This document shows positions 15,418 to 29,914 of a DNA stretch of 64,000 nucleotides, in pieces; the stretch's first letter is position 1; the number at the start of each line of letters is the position of its first letter. The stretch is from the human T2T-CHM13v2.0 reference genome, Homo sapiens, in assembly GCF_009914755.1 (NCBI RefSeq), contig NC_060937.1; one strand, written 5' to 3'. Made by a program: the position numbers and the translations under genes. A model generated the notes under the pieces. The model searched no databases and was not told the origin of the DNA. It was given only the letters and a program-made list of their open reading frames with translations.

Positions 15418-15901
15418 TATTATTGACAACACCAGCTACTTATCAAAGTATCTAGAACATAGGTAGTAGGCATTCAAAAATATTACCCAGTAAATTAACA
15501 AATAAGAGGCAGCCACATGAAAACCATGCAGACACGCCTGTGGTGTTGGAGTTTGACTGTTCTATGAACAAATCAAAGGCAATTTATTACTTGTATTATA
15601 CTGGTCAGAACACCAGTTGTAATTTCTGAGTATAGTGCCAGGTAAATTACAGGACAATCTAGGTGACTAATTACAGGACTATCTAGGTGATTAATTGGAG
15701 TAAGGTGTTTTTAAAATATTAGGTAAATCCCACTATCCTTTGATTCAGTTACGCGTATATGCCACTTGTTATTACAGAAACAAATACGTTCAAATTTTAA
15801 AAAGCAGGCATATGTGAAAATGCTTTTCTACAACATGTTCAGTGTATACATTGTCATATACTATGTAATGCAGAATGATGTCAAGAGTTTTACTATTATC
15901 T

Positions 15902-16460
15902 TGTTATGCAAAGCAAAACCAAAGACTAAGGAAATGAGAAGAGGAAAGGAGATTTATTCAGAGCTTCCTCTCTAGTAAGGGAATCAGCAACTTTCACTTG
16001 AGTTTTGGCAGAGACTCAAAGGCAGGCAGAGAAATGGGAAAATATTACAGTGGAAAAACAGATAAGGCTTCAGGTATATAAGATTGGAGGCCATTGGCAT
16101 GCGGAAGTTGTAGATATCAACTAAAAGATGGACATACTATGTTATTGGTGAGGAGTGCATATTTTGCTTTCTCTGGTCGGTCCAGAGAATTGGAAGTGGG
16201 ATCAAAAATTAGGAAGGCAAACAGTTCTTAATGACATTCTAACCATTTTGTGCCAATAGTTACAAAAGTCATTATTTAGTTTGCTTGATTGTTACTAGAA
16301 ACAGTAGTCTGACTTCCTGCAAGTCTGACTTTTAGCAGGCTGGCTTCTTGGTTATTTTAGATAAGAGTTTGGTTTTATGAACACTTGACACAGGGTACAG
16401 GTCAAAATTCTACTTTTATATATGGTCTGACCATTTTTCATTTGTATGCTTAGTCTCTCA
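15902..16460 (-). mobile_element. ERV1 solo LTR (MER89/MER67/MER31 group)
   Basis: The reverse complement begins tgagagactaagcatacaaatg...cagaccatatataaaagtagaattttgacc and ends ...taaca. Confidence 0.65.
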
Positions 16461-17484
16461 GCATGCTCATGACCAAGGGTAATATTTATTAAGGAATTAT
16501 TATAAACCACATGATATAAGTGAAATACTTGAAGTTCGGCAGTTCAGAGAAAATTGCTCTTTAGTCCTACAGCTAAAAAGTGGTAATAATCAGATTAGAA
16601 TCTAGATTTCTTTTACTGAGGAGACTTAAAGGTCTTTTAAAATTAAAGTAAAAACTAATAGACTTCCTGCAAGACACAATTTCAGCATATATTTTTAGCC
16701 TCTTATGAGAAATTCTCATAAATATGTAACATAGAAAAATATTTTGATGTTTGGAAATATAAAATAAAAATGATATTTGTATAAATAGCATATGCATGCA
16801 TATGTATATAAATATGTTTACATATAGATAACAATACTGCTGTATATATGGATGCACAAGTGTTCATAATTAAATTTAAAGAAGTGTGGCATTTATTGTA
16901 TTCTTTCAATAAAATTTTAAACAAATAGAAATCCTAGTTCTCACATTCCAAAAGAACAAAATACATTTTGGTGTTCTGTGCATTATCTCTATTCTCTGTA
17001 CATAATATTTTAAAATAAAATTTTTCTGCAAGGACTATATATCCCAATTGCACTGTGATAAGTATTCATAAAAACCACATTCCAATAACTGGTTTCATGT
17101 GAACAATTCTCATTTAAACTTTCAGCAAGTCTGCTTTTATGTAAGAATTATATGCCCAGAAGAACAAGCACATTGATAACTAGCTAGGTCAAAAACCAAC
17201 CAAACTAGGGGACATAATATCATGAAAGTAAGGTAAAACAAACAACTCAAAGGTAATTCCCCATGCGAAGAAACACAGTGTAAGTTAAATCCTATTAAAA
17301 AACTAGACTATTTTTATTTTTGTTATATTTTTTCACAAAATTAACTGTTCCAATTTAAAATTTTAGTAAGTTAACGTGCAAGTTTAATTAATTCGATTAG
17401 TCTATACTCATATTTGCATACAAAATATAATTTCAAAACTGCAAATTGTTTTTAGAATTTGAAAGTCTATTAGAAATTGCTGTA

Positions 17485-17625
17485 TAACCCTCAGCATTAC
17501 AAATGGGGAAACGGAAAGCCAATAAAGTAAGTGGTGTATCTCACAAACTTACAACCAGTGAAATGACAGTTAAGCCACAGATTTTATAACTTTCAGTTCA
17601 GGATTTTTTTGCTTTATCATCACAC
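17485..17625 (-). mobile_element. MIR fragment
   Basis: ttacaaatggggaaacggaaagcc...aagtaagtgg, the antisense MIR core. Confidence 0.55.
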
Positions 17626-20600
17626 TGTCATTACCTTACCATAAATGCTTCCATCCTTTGTCCAGATCATATTTATAGATTCTAATATAATTTAAAGAGG
17701 TGTTGACCAGTGGAGCACAGAACATGATTTACTCATGGTCGTGACAGGGCAATTCCTCCATAATCACTTATATTCAGTGGCCCTGAAAATTAATAGAGCT
17801 AATATTATTTGTAGACAGTCTAGTATAAAAAACCTTGTGAATTATTTTAATGGCTTTATTGTGATCATAAAGATCTTTATGTCTCTCAATAATTAGCATT
17901 AGAGAACACCAAACACTGCTCAGATCCAGCTAAAAAAAAAATCAACATGAGTTTAAATATGCTCACTGTGCTTGTATATATTCTTATAAATGACAAAGCA
18001 TTCACAAATAAAGAGAACCAATGGTTTATTAAAATACTCTGTAAATCCAAGTCTAGTACTGCTAATCCAAACACTTAATATTTTCAAATATTTCTGCAAC
18101 ACTTTGTATTATTTAAATATAATATTTTCCGTAATTCAAGCATTGGGAAAACTAATGGGTAAAAGTCTTACCCAAATGTTTTATTATATGTTTTCATTTT
18201 TATTACACATAGTATAATTTGTTCAGGATATTTGTCAATCAATTAACTTTATAAAATGAATGTTGCCTGTAATATAAAATATTATCATACCAGGTATGTT
18301 TAGAAATAATCTCTTTACTAATCTGCTTAGATTGTCACAAATGCATAAATTTTATAAATATTTTTAATGTATGTTTTAATTAAGTGGACTACAAATTCTC
18401 AAAATTAAGCTATTATATTCATTTTATATTAAGATATATTAATAATAAAAGTAGGAAAACCTACTTTAGGGTTAATAAGAGTTATAGTGAGTATTTAAAT
18501 TAAATATTCATGAAACAGTTTATATTTGATAACTTCAGTTTAACAATGTAAAATATATGTATTTTTTTAATAACACATACATTTGAAAAAATATTTAGTC
18601 AAGAGAAAAATATTTTGACATATTTCCCAAATTTAATGTTTAGAAATGTTTTTAAACAACATTTTTAATTGTTTTAATTTATTTTCATATTCTCATACAT
18701 AATCTTTTGTGCTTTTTTTTTTGCCAAAAGAATATTTTTTTCAGGGACCCCATATAAAGTTACACTAAGACCATTCATACAGATACCCCTATAAATAATT
18801 TTTAAAATATATACTCTAGAATAAGCCTGTAGAATTGCATACATAAGTTTAAATTTTTACTTACGTTCTCTAAGATGAATCTTAAAATAATAATTACTTA
18901 ATCTTTGTCACCAACTGGGGATGACACAATCAGAGTAGTCCAAGTTTTAAATATTGGGCATTTCTTTTTACAGAGATGAGATTCGAAAAGATCAAACTCC
19001 GATTTAAACATTTGATGCCGGTCATACACACATTTATCTTACGTTACAATCTCTTTGCCACATCCAGTAATTTTCCCAGTACATTATTCATCATTTTTCT
19101 CCAGTTTTCAAGATGTTCGTGTATTCCAATATTCTGTTTAATTCAAGTACTGTAATAAATACTAAGTTTTACTCCTTTAACTGCCTCTCCAAATTATGTA
19201 AATGATATTAACTCACAGCATGGCTTTTTCAACACAATTTGTTAAATCTTTTCTTATACCCAACCAACTACTCTTATCTTAAATGTCTTCCTAGCTTGTC
19301 TTCTTCGCCCACTACATATTTGGTGTTGTATTTCTATGGTCAATTCTTAATATCATGTCCTCGATTCCACCATGTTCTGATTGTTGTCCTGTTATAAAAC
19401 TGGAGGGTACACAATATCATAAGTCAATTTTGGGTCACCAGTTATACTCCCAACTAAATTATACATCCCTTGAATTGAGGAATTAAATTATTTTCTCCTC
19501 TCTCATTCTCTCCCTCCCTCCATTCTTACCTTCCGAACTTTCTTTTTTTTTCCCCAGGTATATTAAAAAATACTGTGCATGATATTTTCTCAGGAACAAA
19601 ACTGAATGAATGCTCTGTCCAAATCTTTAAATACTTAGCCATTTCAATTGAATTACTAATGGTTTTTAAAAATTTTATTCTTATGGGTGATCTCACTTTC
19701 AAGACAAAAGAAATTTGAAAAGTGTCAGTTAATGCATTTATATATTAGTATATACTAATATATTAAATATGTTAAAGTAGAAATTCATAAACAAGTACCT
19801 GGCTCAGTGAAGTATTAACATAAAACAATAACAAAGGAAACAAGCAGAAAAGGAGGAAAAACAGAAATAAGGAGAAATGAAACACCATAATCTTGCTGTC
19901 ATGTTTGGCAATAATGACTGGCTATGAGGATAAACTAAGGAGAGGTAGAAAGAGCTGTATAGTTGGATTCTTCTTCACTTCTCAGTAAATACCAGAGTAA
20001 TATGGTAAAGGTAGAAATAACTTATCGATTGCTTATTTTCCACACTCCATTATCCTAATTCAAGCAATATGTTGCCCATATTCCCAAATCTTAAATATCT
20101 GTATTGTTTTGCTCCAAGTACTTTTTAGGTTTAACTATAAATGTGGAACCTGGGGAAAAAATGAACTCTTATAATAAATTTCAAGTACTTTAGAATCAAA
20201 GTATAATTTCCTCACATTTTCTACTTATTATGCATTTATTTCTAAAAATATTAATGCAAAAATATCAAAGGCCAACATATTGTAGGTCACTGAACATTAT
20301 CCATTTTTAGTCACTCAGGCAGTATACTTGTATTTGAGGAAATGAATTTTTCAAAAGTATTACTTTTAGTTTCACTTAGCACACAAAGTTCATCTTCATA
20401 AATGCTACTATTTTATTCAATATTGACTTCAGTTTGAGGTTTATTTTACTACTTCAGAGACACTTTAGGGAGATGTTAATTTATTTTAAAATTCAGTTGG
20501 TAACTTAGAGCTTACTTATTTACACGTTAGTGAAAACAAACATTTCTAGGTCCTCTTCACACTCATGGGACTAGGAAAATCAGTTTCAGGAAATTGGGAG

Positions 20601-21574
20601 GGTAGCATTTTCAGACTACAATGACTAATAAATTGTTATATACTGCAAACTTCAGGTAACATGAAACTGACTAAGTAACACCATGATGACCATAAATGAC
20701 AGCCTGCAAAAATCTCAGCTATCCATTGCTAACTTTACCCGGGATTCCATTTCATTTGTATATCACTGTATATTGATGTTAAACTACTGTGAATAGAAGG
20801 ATAATGTAAAGGAATACCACTAGGTTTTGTACCAGAAGTATAAAATTATTGTCCAGGTGTACCAATAAATCATTTTGGAACTAGCATTCATCTTCCAAAC
20901 CTCAATTTTCTTACTTGTTAAAAATTTGAATGAAAACATCTGTCCTTCCTTTCTTTCCCTAGTGTCATTGGGATTCAGTGGAATAAAGTAAATGAAAGTA
21001 TTTATAAAACTGCCCAATACCATTTCTCATTATGGCTTTCTTTTATTATCAAAATAATATAATAGCTATTAATGTCTGAACTTCTTTTTGCCTTTCTTCC
21101 TTTCAACAAATATACTTCCAATTTTTCCCCTTGCCTCTTGTCTTTATATCTCGTTTGTCAGTATTTTGCTCACAGTTTACTTCTCTTAAATTTTGGATAA
21201 TGTCGATATTTTGCTAAAGGTCTTTAAGTGTATCCCTTTACTTGTCAGTTAAATTTCACAGTCCATGCTCATTTTCAACTTCATAAAGTAAGGACTTTCC
21301 TCCAGGCAAAATTGTCTACACTATTATGTGTGTCTACATAATTATTCATGTATATTACTCCCTCCAACCCGTTAGGTACACACAAGTACATATTGGACAA
21401 CTTGTTTCTTCTACTTCTTCAGCTGTTAAAACTCCACCCATCCTTCAGGAGAATAACTCAAATCCTACCTCTTTACTAAAACTTTAATTAATATTAGATG
21501 ATCTTTAAGATTTCTAAACTCCCATAGTTCTTTTATATAAACTTATCATTTTGCATTTGTCTCACATTTACTTA

Positions 21575-21880
21575 TATTCATTCATATGTTCATTCAATAT
21601 AGGTTTCCTGGGCACTCACTGCATACCAAACAATATTCTAGATGGTGGGAATACAACAATAAACTGTTAACAACAATAAGAGTAACGTCGATAATAATCT
21701 ACTCCTCAAGATCTTCTATTCCAAAGGGAATAGGAGGTTGAGAGAAATGACAAGTTACATTTACAGCATCACAGATATTTACAAGTGCTCTGGGGAAAAA
21801 AAAAGAAATCAATTTAATATGATGTGGTGGATGCTGCATGTATGTTGGGAGTAAAGTTTGCTTTTCTTTCCATACAACTG
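21575..21880 (-). mobile_element. L2 3' end
   Basis: tcattcat...ttcattcaatataggtttcctgggcactcactgcataccaaacaatattctagatggtgggaataca. Confidence 0.6.
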
Positions 21881-23413
21881 TATGGAAATGAGAATGTGGG
21901 AAATAAGGGATTAACATGGGATTCCTGGGCTTCTGTTGCTGACCAAAATGAACAGGTCTAATATATTAGGCATGACATACTAACTCTACTATGGGTTTTG
22001 CTTAATTTGGACGTTGAGGTAATCAGTTATTTCCACACTTACGTCCCTCAAATCTATTGTGTATATGCATTGTTTCCAACTTCAATCCAGCATTTGCCCT
22101 CAGAAGAAATCAAGCTCCGTATCTCAGGCAGGCATACATGTTTTGATTCCTTTTTCTTTCACTTATTTCCTTCCTACCTTGGGAACTTTTCCTCTGTCTG
22201 AAGAAGGAATATATTCGGACTTATTCTATACTTGAATCTCTTCAAGAACTAGGCTTCTGAGACACATAAACCAATGTTTTTCTCTTTGGTACTGTTTTGT
22301 GCTATGAAACGATGTCTTTGAGACATTTAAGGTCAGAATTCCCTTGCTATCTAAGTGAGAAAGTGATAAATAGTTATAGCACATGAAGAAAATATCCAAA
22401 AAATCAATATATATTTTTAAATATTATGGCTAATTCATATTGATACATTATAGTGTTGAAAAATTCACACAGGTAATTTAATATAGTGATAGATTATCTC
22501 TGGTTTTCTTGTTAAAAATTAAAATATTATAAACTTTCAAGTCAACAATTGGCTTTTGAGTATCAATAATAATAGGGACAAGTATAAATAAGAATAGTAA
22601 TATCAACAGGTAATATAAAATAATTTTCCACTAATTCTTAGTATATGTCAAATTTATTTTAAAAGTAAGAAAGTTGATTAAATTTTTTATATATCCCTTC
22701 TAACCTTCATTTTTTACCTGTGAGATGATGTGTATTAATCATTTATCAAGAATCTATTAGTAACTGCTACCAGCACAGTTCTCTCTCTGCCTTTGGGATG
22801 AAATAAAACAAGCTTATCACTCTAATGGGAAAGAATAGTGCACGTAAAAAACAGAAACTGAAGCTTGTGATTTGAAAGACATGGATAGAGCAAGGTCATG
22901 ACACAAAGTGGAAATACACTTTCTTTAATAAGAGAAAGGTGGTATATAGAATGCCACAAAATTTATTCAGAAATAGCCTCATTTAACAATGAAGTCTTCT
23001 GAAGCTGACGTGTGAGTCATTATCTAGAATAGTGCCCATGAAAAGAGAAATGATCATTCTGGTACAAACATTTAAAAACACCATTACGTGACATAGAGTT
23101 CTCATTAGTTTGTCAATGCAGAAGAGCTAAAATTTTTATAGCAACACAAGTATATGACTTTAAAGTCATTTATTTCTTAGATGAAAATTGTAGTTCATAA
23201 TTTAATTAAGATATGTATTATTTTAAAACTGTAAGATGAATCATTATTTAATGTCCTTTTGTGTGAGTGTTTAATTATCCTACGACTCATTATTTGCTGT
23301 AGATATGTGGTACACTCTAACCAAAAGATGCATGATTACGTTATTATTTTATTGCAGAACCAAGCACAGAGGGTTTCTACAGGTTACACAATGCTCAACA
23401 GTTAGGCCAATAA

Positions 23414-23790
<377 letters not shown>

Positions 23791-23926
23791 TCACTAAATA
23801 TTTATTATTGAGTGTTTTATATGACAAGGATTGTGAGTGAGATTTGTACATAAAAGATATTTTTACTCACAAGTGACTCTATAAGTATGATATAATATTT
23901 TGTTCTTTACAGATATTATTTGCAAC

Positions 23927-24627
23927 TGTTAGCAGTGACAAATCCATGCAGGTCTGCAGCAACCTCAATTCCTGCCTCCTGCAAAGAAAGAATTTGACCT
24001 AGGGGTAAAAAGCAGACCTGAGAGAGCAAGGTAAGTTTTAAAGCAGAAGTGAAAGTTTATTTAAAAGTTTGAAGGCAGGAATGAAAGGAACTAAAGTATA
24101 CTTGGAAGAGGGTCAAGCGGGCAACTTGAGAGATTCAAGGGAGCAGTTTGACCGTTGACTTGGGGTTTCATATGTTGTCATGCTTCTGGGGGGTTGCCTC
24201 TCTTCCCTGATTCTTCCTTTCCTGTGGGCTGTCCACATGCACAGTGACCTACCAGCACTTGGGAGGGGCTGCATGCACAGTGTGTTTGCTGATGTACACA
24301 TGCTCACTTGAGGCATTCTTCCCTTACCAGTCAAGTGTTCCTAGAGGAAGGTCATATACCAGTTAAACTCCACCATTTTTCCTCTTAGTGTGTATGCCTG
24401 CGCTCACTTTGCCCAACTCCTGAGATTTTATCAGGAAGATGCTGATTACCAGTTTCAGGATTTTTCTATCTATTGAGAGACTGCCTTCCCTAGCACCTGC
24501 TGCAACCAATTATTACTATAGAGAGACAGTGTAACAACCACCTGGCCATCACCAGATGGTCACCTGACATTTCTGGTGGTGAGAGGGCCCTTCCTGCCCT
24601 GCTTCTGTCTGACCACCTACTATAACA
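23927..24627 (-). mobile_element. MER50 solo LTR (ERV1)
   Basis: The reverse complement starts tgttatagtaggtggtcagacagaagcagggcagg; TG...CA ends; flanking 4-mers caac/gaac. Confidence 0.85.
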
Positions 24628-24700
24628 GAACCCCAATTTTAAGTGAATTGAGTCACATAACTGGGGACATTCCATACTTATATATAAACTTTATATATAA

Positions 24701-24912
24701 GGCAGGGCATGGTGGCTCATGCCTGTAATACCAGCAATTTGTGAGGCCAAGATATGGGAGGATTGCTTGAGTCCAGGAGTTTGAGATCAGCCTGGGCAAC
24801 TGAGTGAGACCCTGTCTTTACAAAATTTTTTTTAAAAAATTAGCTGGGCATGGTGTTGCATGCCTGTAGTTCCAGCTACTTGGGAGGCTTAGATGGGATC
24901 ACATGAGACAGG
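24701..24912 (+). mobile_element. AluJ, 3'-truncated
   Basis: Left arm (ggaggattgcttgagtccaggag) plus about a third of the right arm; no poly(A). Confidence 0.85.
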
Positions 24913-26144
24913 ATTCTAATTCTCATGGATATATGCCGTAATCTCTCATTTGCTTTATCTCACATAATACAAACACCATTCTGTGTATAAAATGTTAAAA
25001 CAATCATCAAAATGATCACTAGCAATTTTGCTTCCCTTCCTTCCTTCCTCCCTTTCTTCCTTCCTTTCTTCCTATTTTAATAAAAAAAAATGGAGAGAAA
25101 AGATGGCTCTGAGGTAGATTAATATAACACCAAAATAGTATCATGGTGGAACAAGGAAGATTCTTCTCATCTTTCCACTGTGATATTTTTAGCATATTTG
25201 CTATAGTTCTCATGTTTGTTGTTTTAGGCTTATTTATCTCTGGCTTCAGAATGTTGGCGGTAGCTCCAGGCAGCTTCATATAGCAACAATCAAAAGCTAA
25301 ATGTTCTTTTGGCTCTATCTATATATCTCCCTTTTATTTATTAAGGTATTATTTACATACAATTAAGTTAACCAGGTTAAAATGTACAGTTCAGTGATTT
25401 TTTCATAACTTTCTACAATTGTGTAAACTCTACTTTAATCAAGATATATACCAATGTCCTCATCGTAAGTTTTCTCATGCCCCTTTATACTTGATCTTCT
25501 CCCCACACTCCAGAAGCCAACCACTGATCTTCTCTGTCAACATACTTTTGTTTATCTAAAATTTCATACAAATATAATCATACAGTATGTATTATGTAGT
25601 GTTTGAATTCTTGCAGTAATCATGATGTACTAGATATATATTCATATTGTAGTAATATGAATATATAGTAATTGTTTGCTCTTTTTATTGCTGAGTAAGT
25701 CCATAATAAGAATATATAACTAGTGAATTTATCCATTCACCAGCTAATGTATGTTTTCGGCTATTATGAATGTTTTATGCTATCACCATCCATGTACTTG
25801 ATTTTGTATAGACATGTGTCTATTTCTCATGGATAGCAAATAGGAATGAAGTGGATAGGCTGTATGGTAAATGTATTCTTAACTTTATATAGTATTACCA
25901 TAATGTTTTCTAAAATGGCTGCAGCAATTTGCATTCCTCCCAGTAATATATGAAGGTTCCAATTCCTCTATAGCTTTTTCAGTACTTGTAGTTATACTTT
26001 CAATTTTGATTTTTCTGATGACCAATGATGTTGAATATCTTGTGTTTATTGCTCATTTATAAAATCATTATTTTTTGCAAAATCCTTGTTCAAAATTTGC
26101 CCATACTTAATGAAATTCTTTTTCTTCTTTTTGTTAATGTCTGA

Positions 26145-26498
<354 letters not shown>

Positions 26499-27540
26499 GA
26501 CCCCACTTTTTTATTTCTGATATTGCTAGTTTGTATCACTTTTTTTCTTGATAAACCTGGCTAGATGGCTGGCCAATTTATTGATATGCTTTCCTCAGAA
26601 CTAGGTTAGAACAAGAACTAGCTTCATTGATTTTTCCACTTTTTTTTTCTGTTTTCCATTTTATTTTCTGCTTTCGCCGTATTACATCCTTTCTTCTTCT
26701 TGCTTTGGGAATAATTTGCCCTTCTTCGAGTTTGTATATGATGAAACTTAGATTATTTATTTCAGATATTTCTTTCTTTCTTATATTGGCTTCTAAAGCA
26801 TAAATTTTCCTCTGAGCCTGATTTTTGCTGTATTACACATATTTGGTTATAAATAGTTAAATAATTTATTAAATGAATTAAGAAGAAAAAGGCAAAACAA
26901 AGCATATTGTCTTTTACGTGTATCCAGACACTTGCCATTTCCAATTATTCTTTCTGAGGATCTGAATTTCCATGTGGTATCATTTATTTTCATCCTGATG
27001 AAGTGAGCATCCTTTAGCATTTCTTATAGTGCATATTTGTTGAAAATGCATTACCTTAGTTTTTCATTTTTATATACAAATATCTTTATTTCATGTTCAT
27101 TCATAAAAATACATTTTTATTACTTAAATATTTCTGCGTTAATAGGTTTTCCATTTGGCACTTTAGAGTTTCTGCTTTTTTCTCTTCTGGCCTCCATGTT
27201 TTCAAAGAGAAATCAGCCTCACATCAAATCATTGTACCTTATACATATCATTTTTCTCTTGCCGTTTTCAAGATTCTCTGCTTATACGTGGCTTTCAACA
27301 TTTGAGCCTTGGAATAATGGACTTCTTTGTGTTTGTGATTCTGTTTTGGTGCTTGATTAACATCTTATAGCTATAAATTTCTGCATTTTTTTTCTCAAAT
27401 AAGGCATTATTATTTCAAGTATTATTTTCTGCAGCATTATTCATGTCCTCTCCTTCTGTTTTCAAATTACATGTATGTCTGACTCTGTCATGTAATCTAA
27501 CATGACACCGGAGGTCTTTTCATTTTTATTCCTTTCAAAA

Positions 27541-28020
27541 ATTATTTTATTTTATTTTGAATTCAGAAATACATATGCAGTTTCATTACATGAATATACA
27601 GTGCAATACCAAGGTTTGGGCTTCCATTGTAGTAATCCCAAAGATTGAACATAGTACCAATAGGTAATTTTTCATCTCTCACTCTGCTTCTACCCTCCCC
27701 ACTTCTGGAGTTCCAAGTGTCTATTATTTTCATCTTTATGTCCATGTGTACCCACTGTTTAGCTTCCACGCCATGAAAACACAGTATTTGATTTTCTGTT
27801 TGGGAGTTATTTCTCTTAGGATAATAGCCTCCAGATGCATCCATGTTGCTGCAAAGAGCATGATTTTATTCTTTTTTATGGCTGCATAGTATTCTATGGC
27901 TTATATACACCCCATTTTCTTCATCCAATCAATGGCTGATGGACAGCTAGGTGGTTTCCATGACTTTGTTATTGAGAATAGTGCTGTGATAAACATACGA
28001 GTGACAAGTGTTTTTTAAAA
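27541..28020 (-). mobile_element. L1PA15-17-like 3' end
   Basis: ttccaagtgtctattattttcatctttatgtccatgtgtacccactgtttagcttccac...ttttttatggctgcatagtattc. Confidence 0.85.
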
Positions 28021-28539
28021 TAAATAGTTGTTTATTTTTATTTTCCTAAATATACTTTTCTTTTTCTCTCTGTTGTTCACCTTGGATCATTTCTATCAAT
28101 CTGGCTTCAAGTTTGCTGACTTTTTTCCTTGTCATGCCTGTTAGTACTTTTATCCTAGACACTGAAAACTTATTTCTGAAAATTTATTTTTAGTTGTATA
28201 ATTTTTTATATTTTGATTTCTTTCCTACCTGAGACTGCCATTTTTTTCTGCTATTTGCATGCACTAAGAAAATGTTTTATTTTATTTAATTGAAGAAAGT
28301 TATCACAGTTTAAAAATTTTGTCTGTTAGCTCCATCACTGGGTTTATTTTGTTTTAAGAATGTGTTTTATGTCCTTGGCTCTTTATATTTTGGGTGATAT
28401 TTAATTCTATCCTGGACATTATGAATATTAACATGTGATACTGGACTTAGTTATCTTTCTCCAATTTGAATGGTTTCTTTTGTTTTAGCAGGTAGGCTTT
28501 TTGTTTGTTTTTTGTTGTTATTGGTTGGGCTTGAACTGC

Positions 28540-28884
28540 AAATTAGTCTGTTGAGGCTGCTATAACAAAATACCATAAACTGGTTTCTAACTAAAAGAAA
28601 TTTATTTTTCACTGTTCTGAAGCTGGAAATCCCAAGAGTTGGTGTCTGGTGAGTACTCATTCTCTGGTCCAGAGATGGTGGCTTTTAGCTCTGTCCACAA
28701 CATGTTGTAAGAGGAGAATTCTGGCCTCCCCAGTCCCTTATAAGGGCATCAATACCATTCATGAAGGTCCATCCTCATTTACTAGTCACCTCCCAAAGGC
28801 CCTACCCGCTAATACCATCCACCTTGGAAGTTAGTATTTCAACATATGAATATTGGGGAGGACAAAAACATTCAGACCATGCTA
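28540..28884 (-). mobile_element. MLT1A/MSTD-type MaLR solo LTR
   Basis: ttagtctgttgaggctgctataacaaaataccataaactgg...tttcaacatatgaatattggggaggacaaaaacattcagaccat. Confidence 0.85.
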
Positions 28885-29914
28885 AACTGCAATCTCTTTT
28901 TCTTGTGTAGCAGTTTTTGTGCCTTTTTATGCCTTTGTGTTTATCTGGCCTGTTTTATGTCTCTTTCACAGACACAGGCTCTGAGTGTGCTCAGAGATGT
29001 GGGCAGACCATGTTAAGGATTCTCCTCACTATCCCTTTTCTTGCCATATTTCCCCCATCTTTTTAGCATTCATTATTTCTTGGCTTCACCTTTCTCATTC
29101 CCCAAGGTAGAAGGTAGATGTTTTTATCAAAACATCTCCACCTCTAGTGTGCACACCATGAACAGAAATCAGCTGCAAGCTGAAAGACATGAAAAAGAGA
29201 TCTTTCCTATGTCCCATTTTCCAAGTGCACCCCCACTGTTGTCTGTCTGCTTCTCATCGTTCATCAGCTTTTTCAGGTGACTGACTCAAGACTCCAGTCA
29301 GAGTAATGCCTTGATCTGACCTGCTTTGAGTCTGTTCCCTGCAACTGTGGTTCAGAGATCAAAGTTGTGGACACAGTGTGTATTCCTTTCTTAACGCTAT
29401 CCCTTTAGGAATTTCTGCACTCTGTTCACATTCACAAATTCTGGATTTCACTTTTTGGTTCCCAGAAATAGGAATATTTTGTTTTTTTTTTTTTCGTGAG
29501 TACATCCTGCTGCCTGTGCACACTACACAGACCAAACTTACCTCCAGGTAAAAGCCAAGGAGACAAGAAATTTCTTGTGTAGCTTTACATCATCCCTCTT
29601 CCAACGAGTGTGGAGTCAGTACCAACGTCTGTCTTCTCTTCACCTTCCATTACCTTCAGATGTTCTGTTTGGTTTTTATTATATTCTGTTTTATCATTTT
29701 CTGCAGGGAAGTTCTTCACATTGAGTCCTATTCCATCATTCTCTGAAGAGTATCTTCTACTATCTACCACGTTGGTGTTTTTCTCAAAGTATTTACATTT
29801 CAATTATTAATTTCCTTATATCACATCAGGAGATGTGTAACATCGTGTTGGCCCCGTTAGTGATGCTAAGATTGTGTACTGGAGTAGTGTTGTGACTTTA
29901 TGATCTTTGCACTT

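Noticed and set aside
15647-15696. 24 bp tandem duplication aattacaggac(a/t)atctaggtga(c/t)t
   Set aside because: An ordinary two-copy slippage duplication with no further structure.
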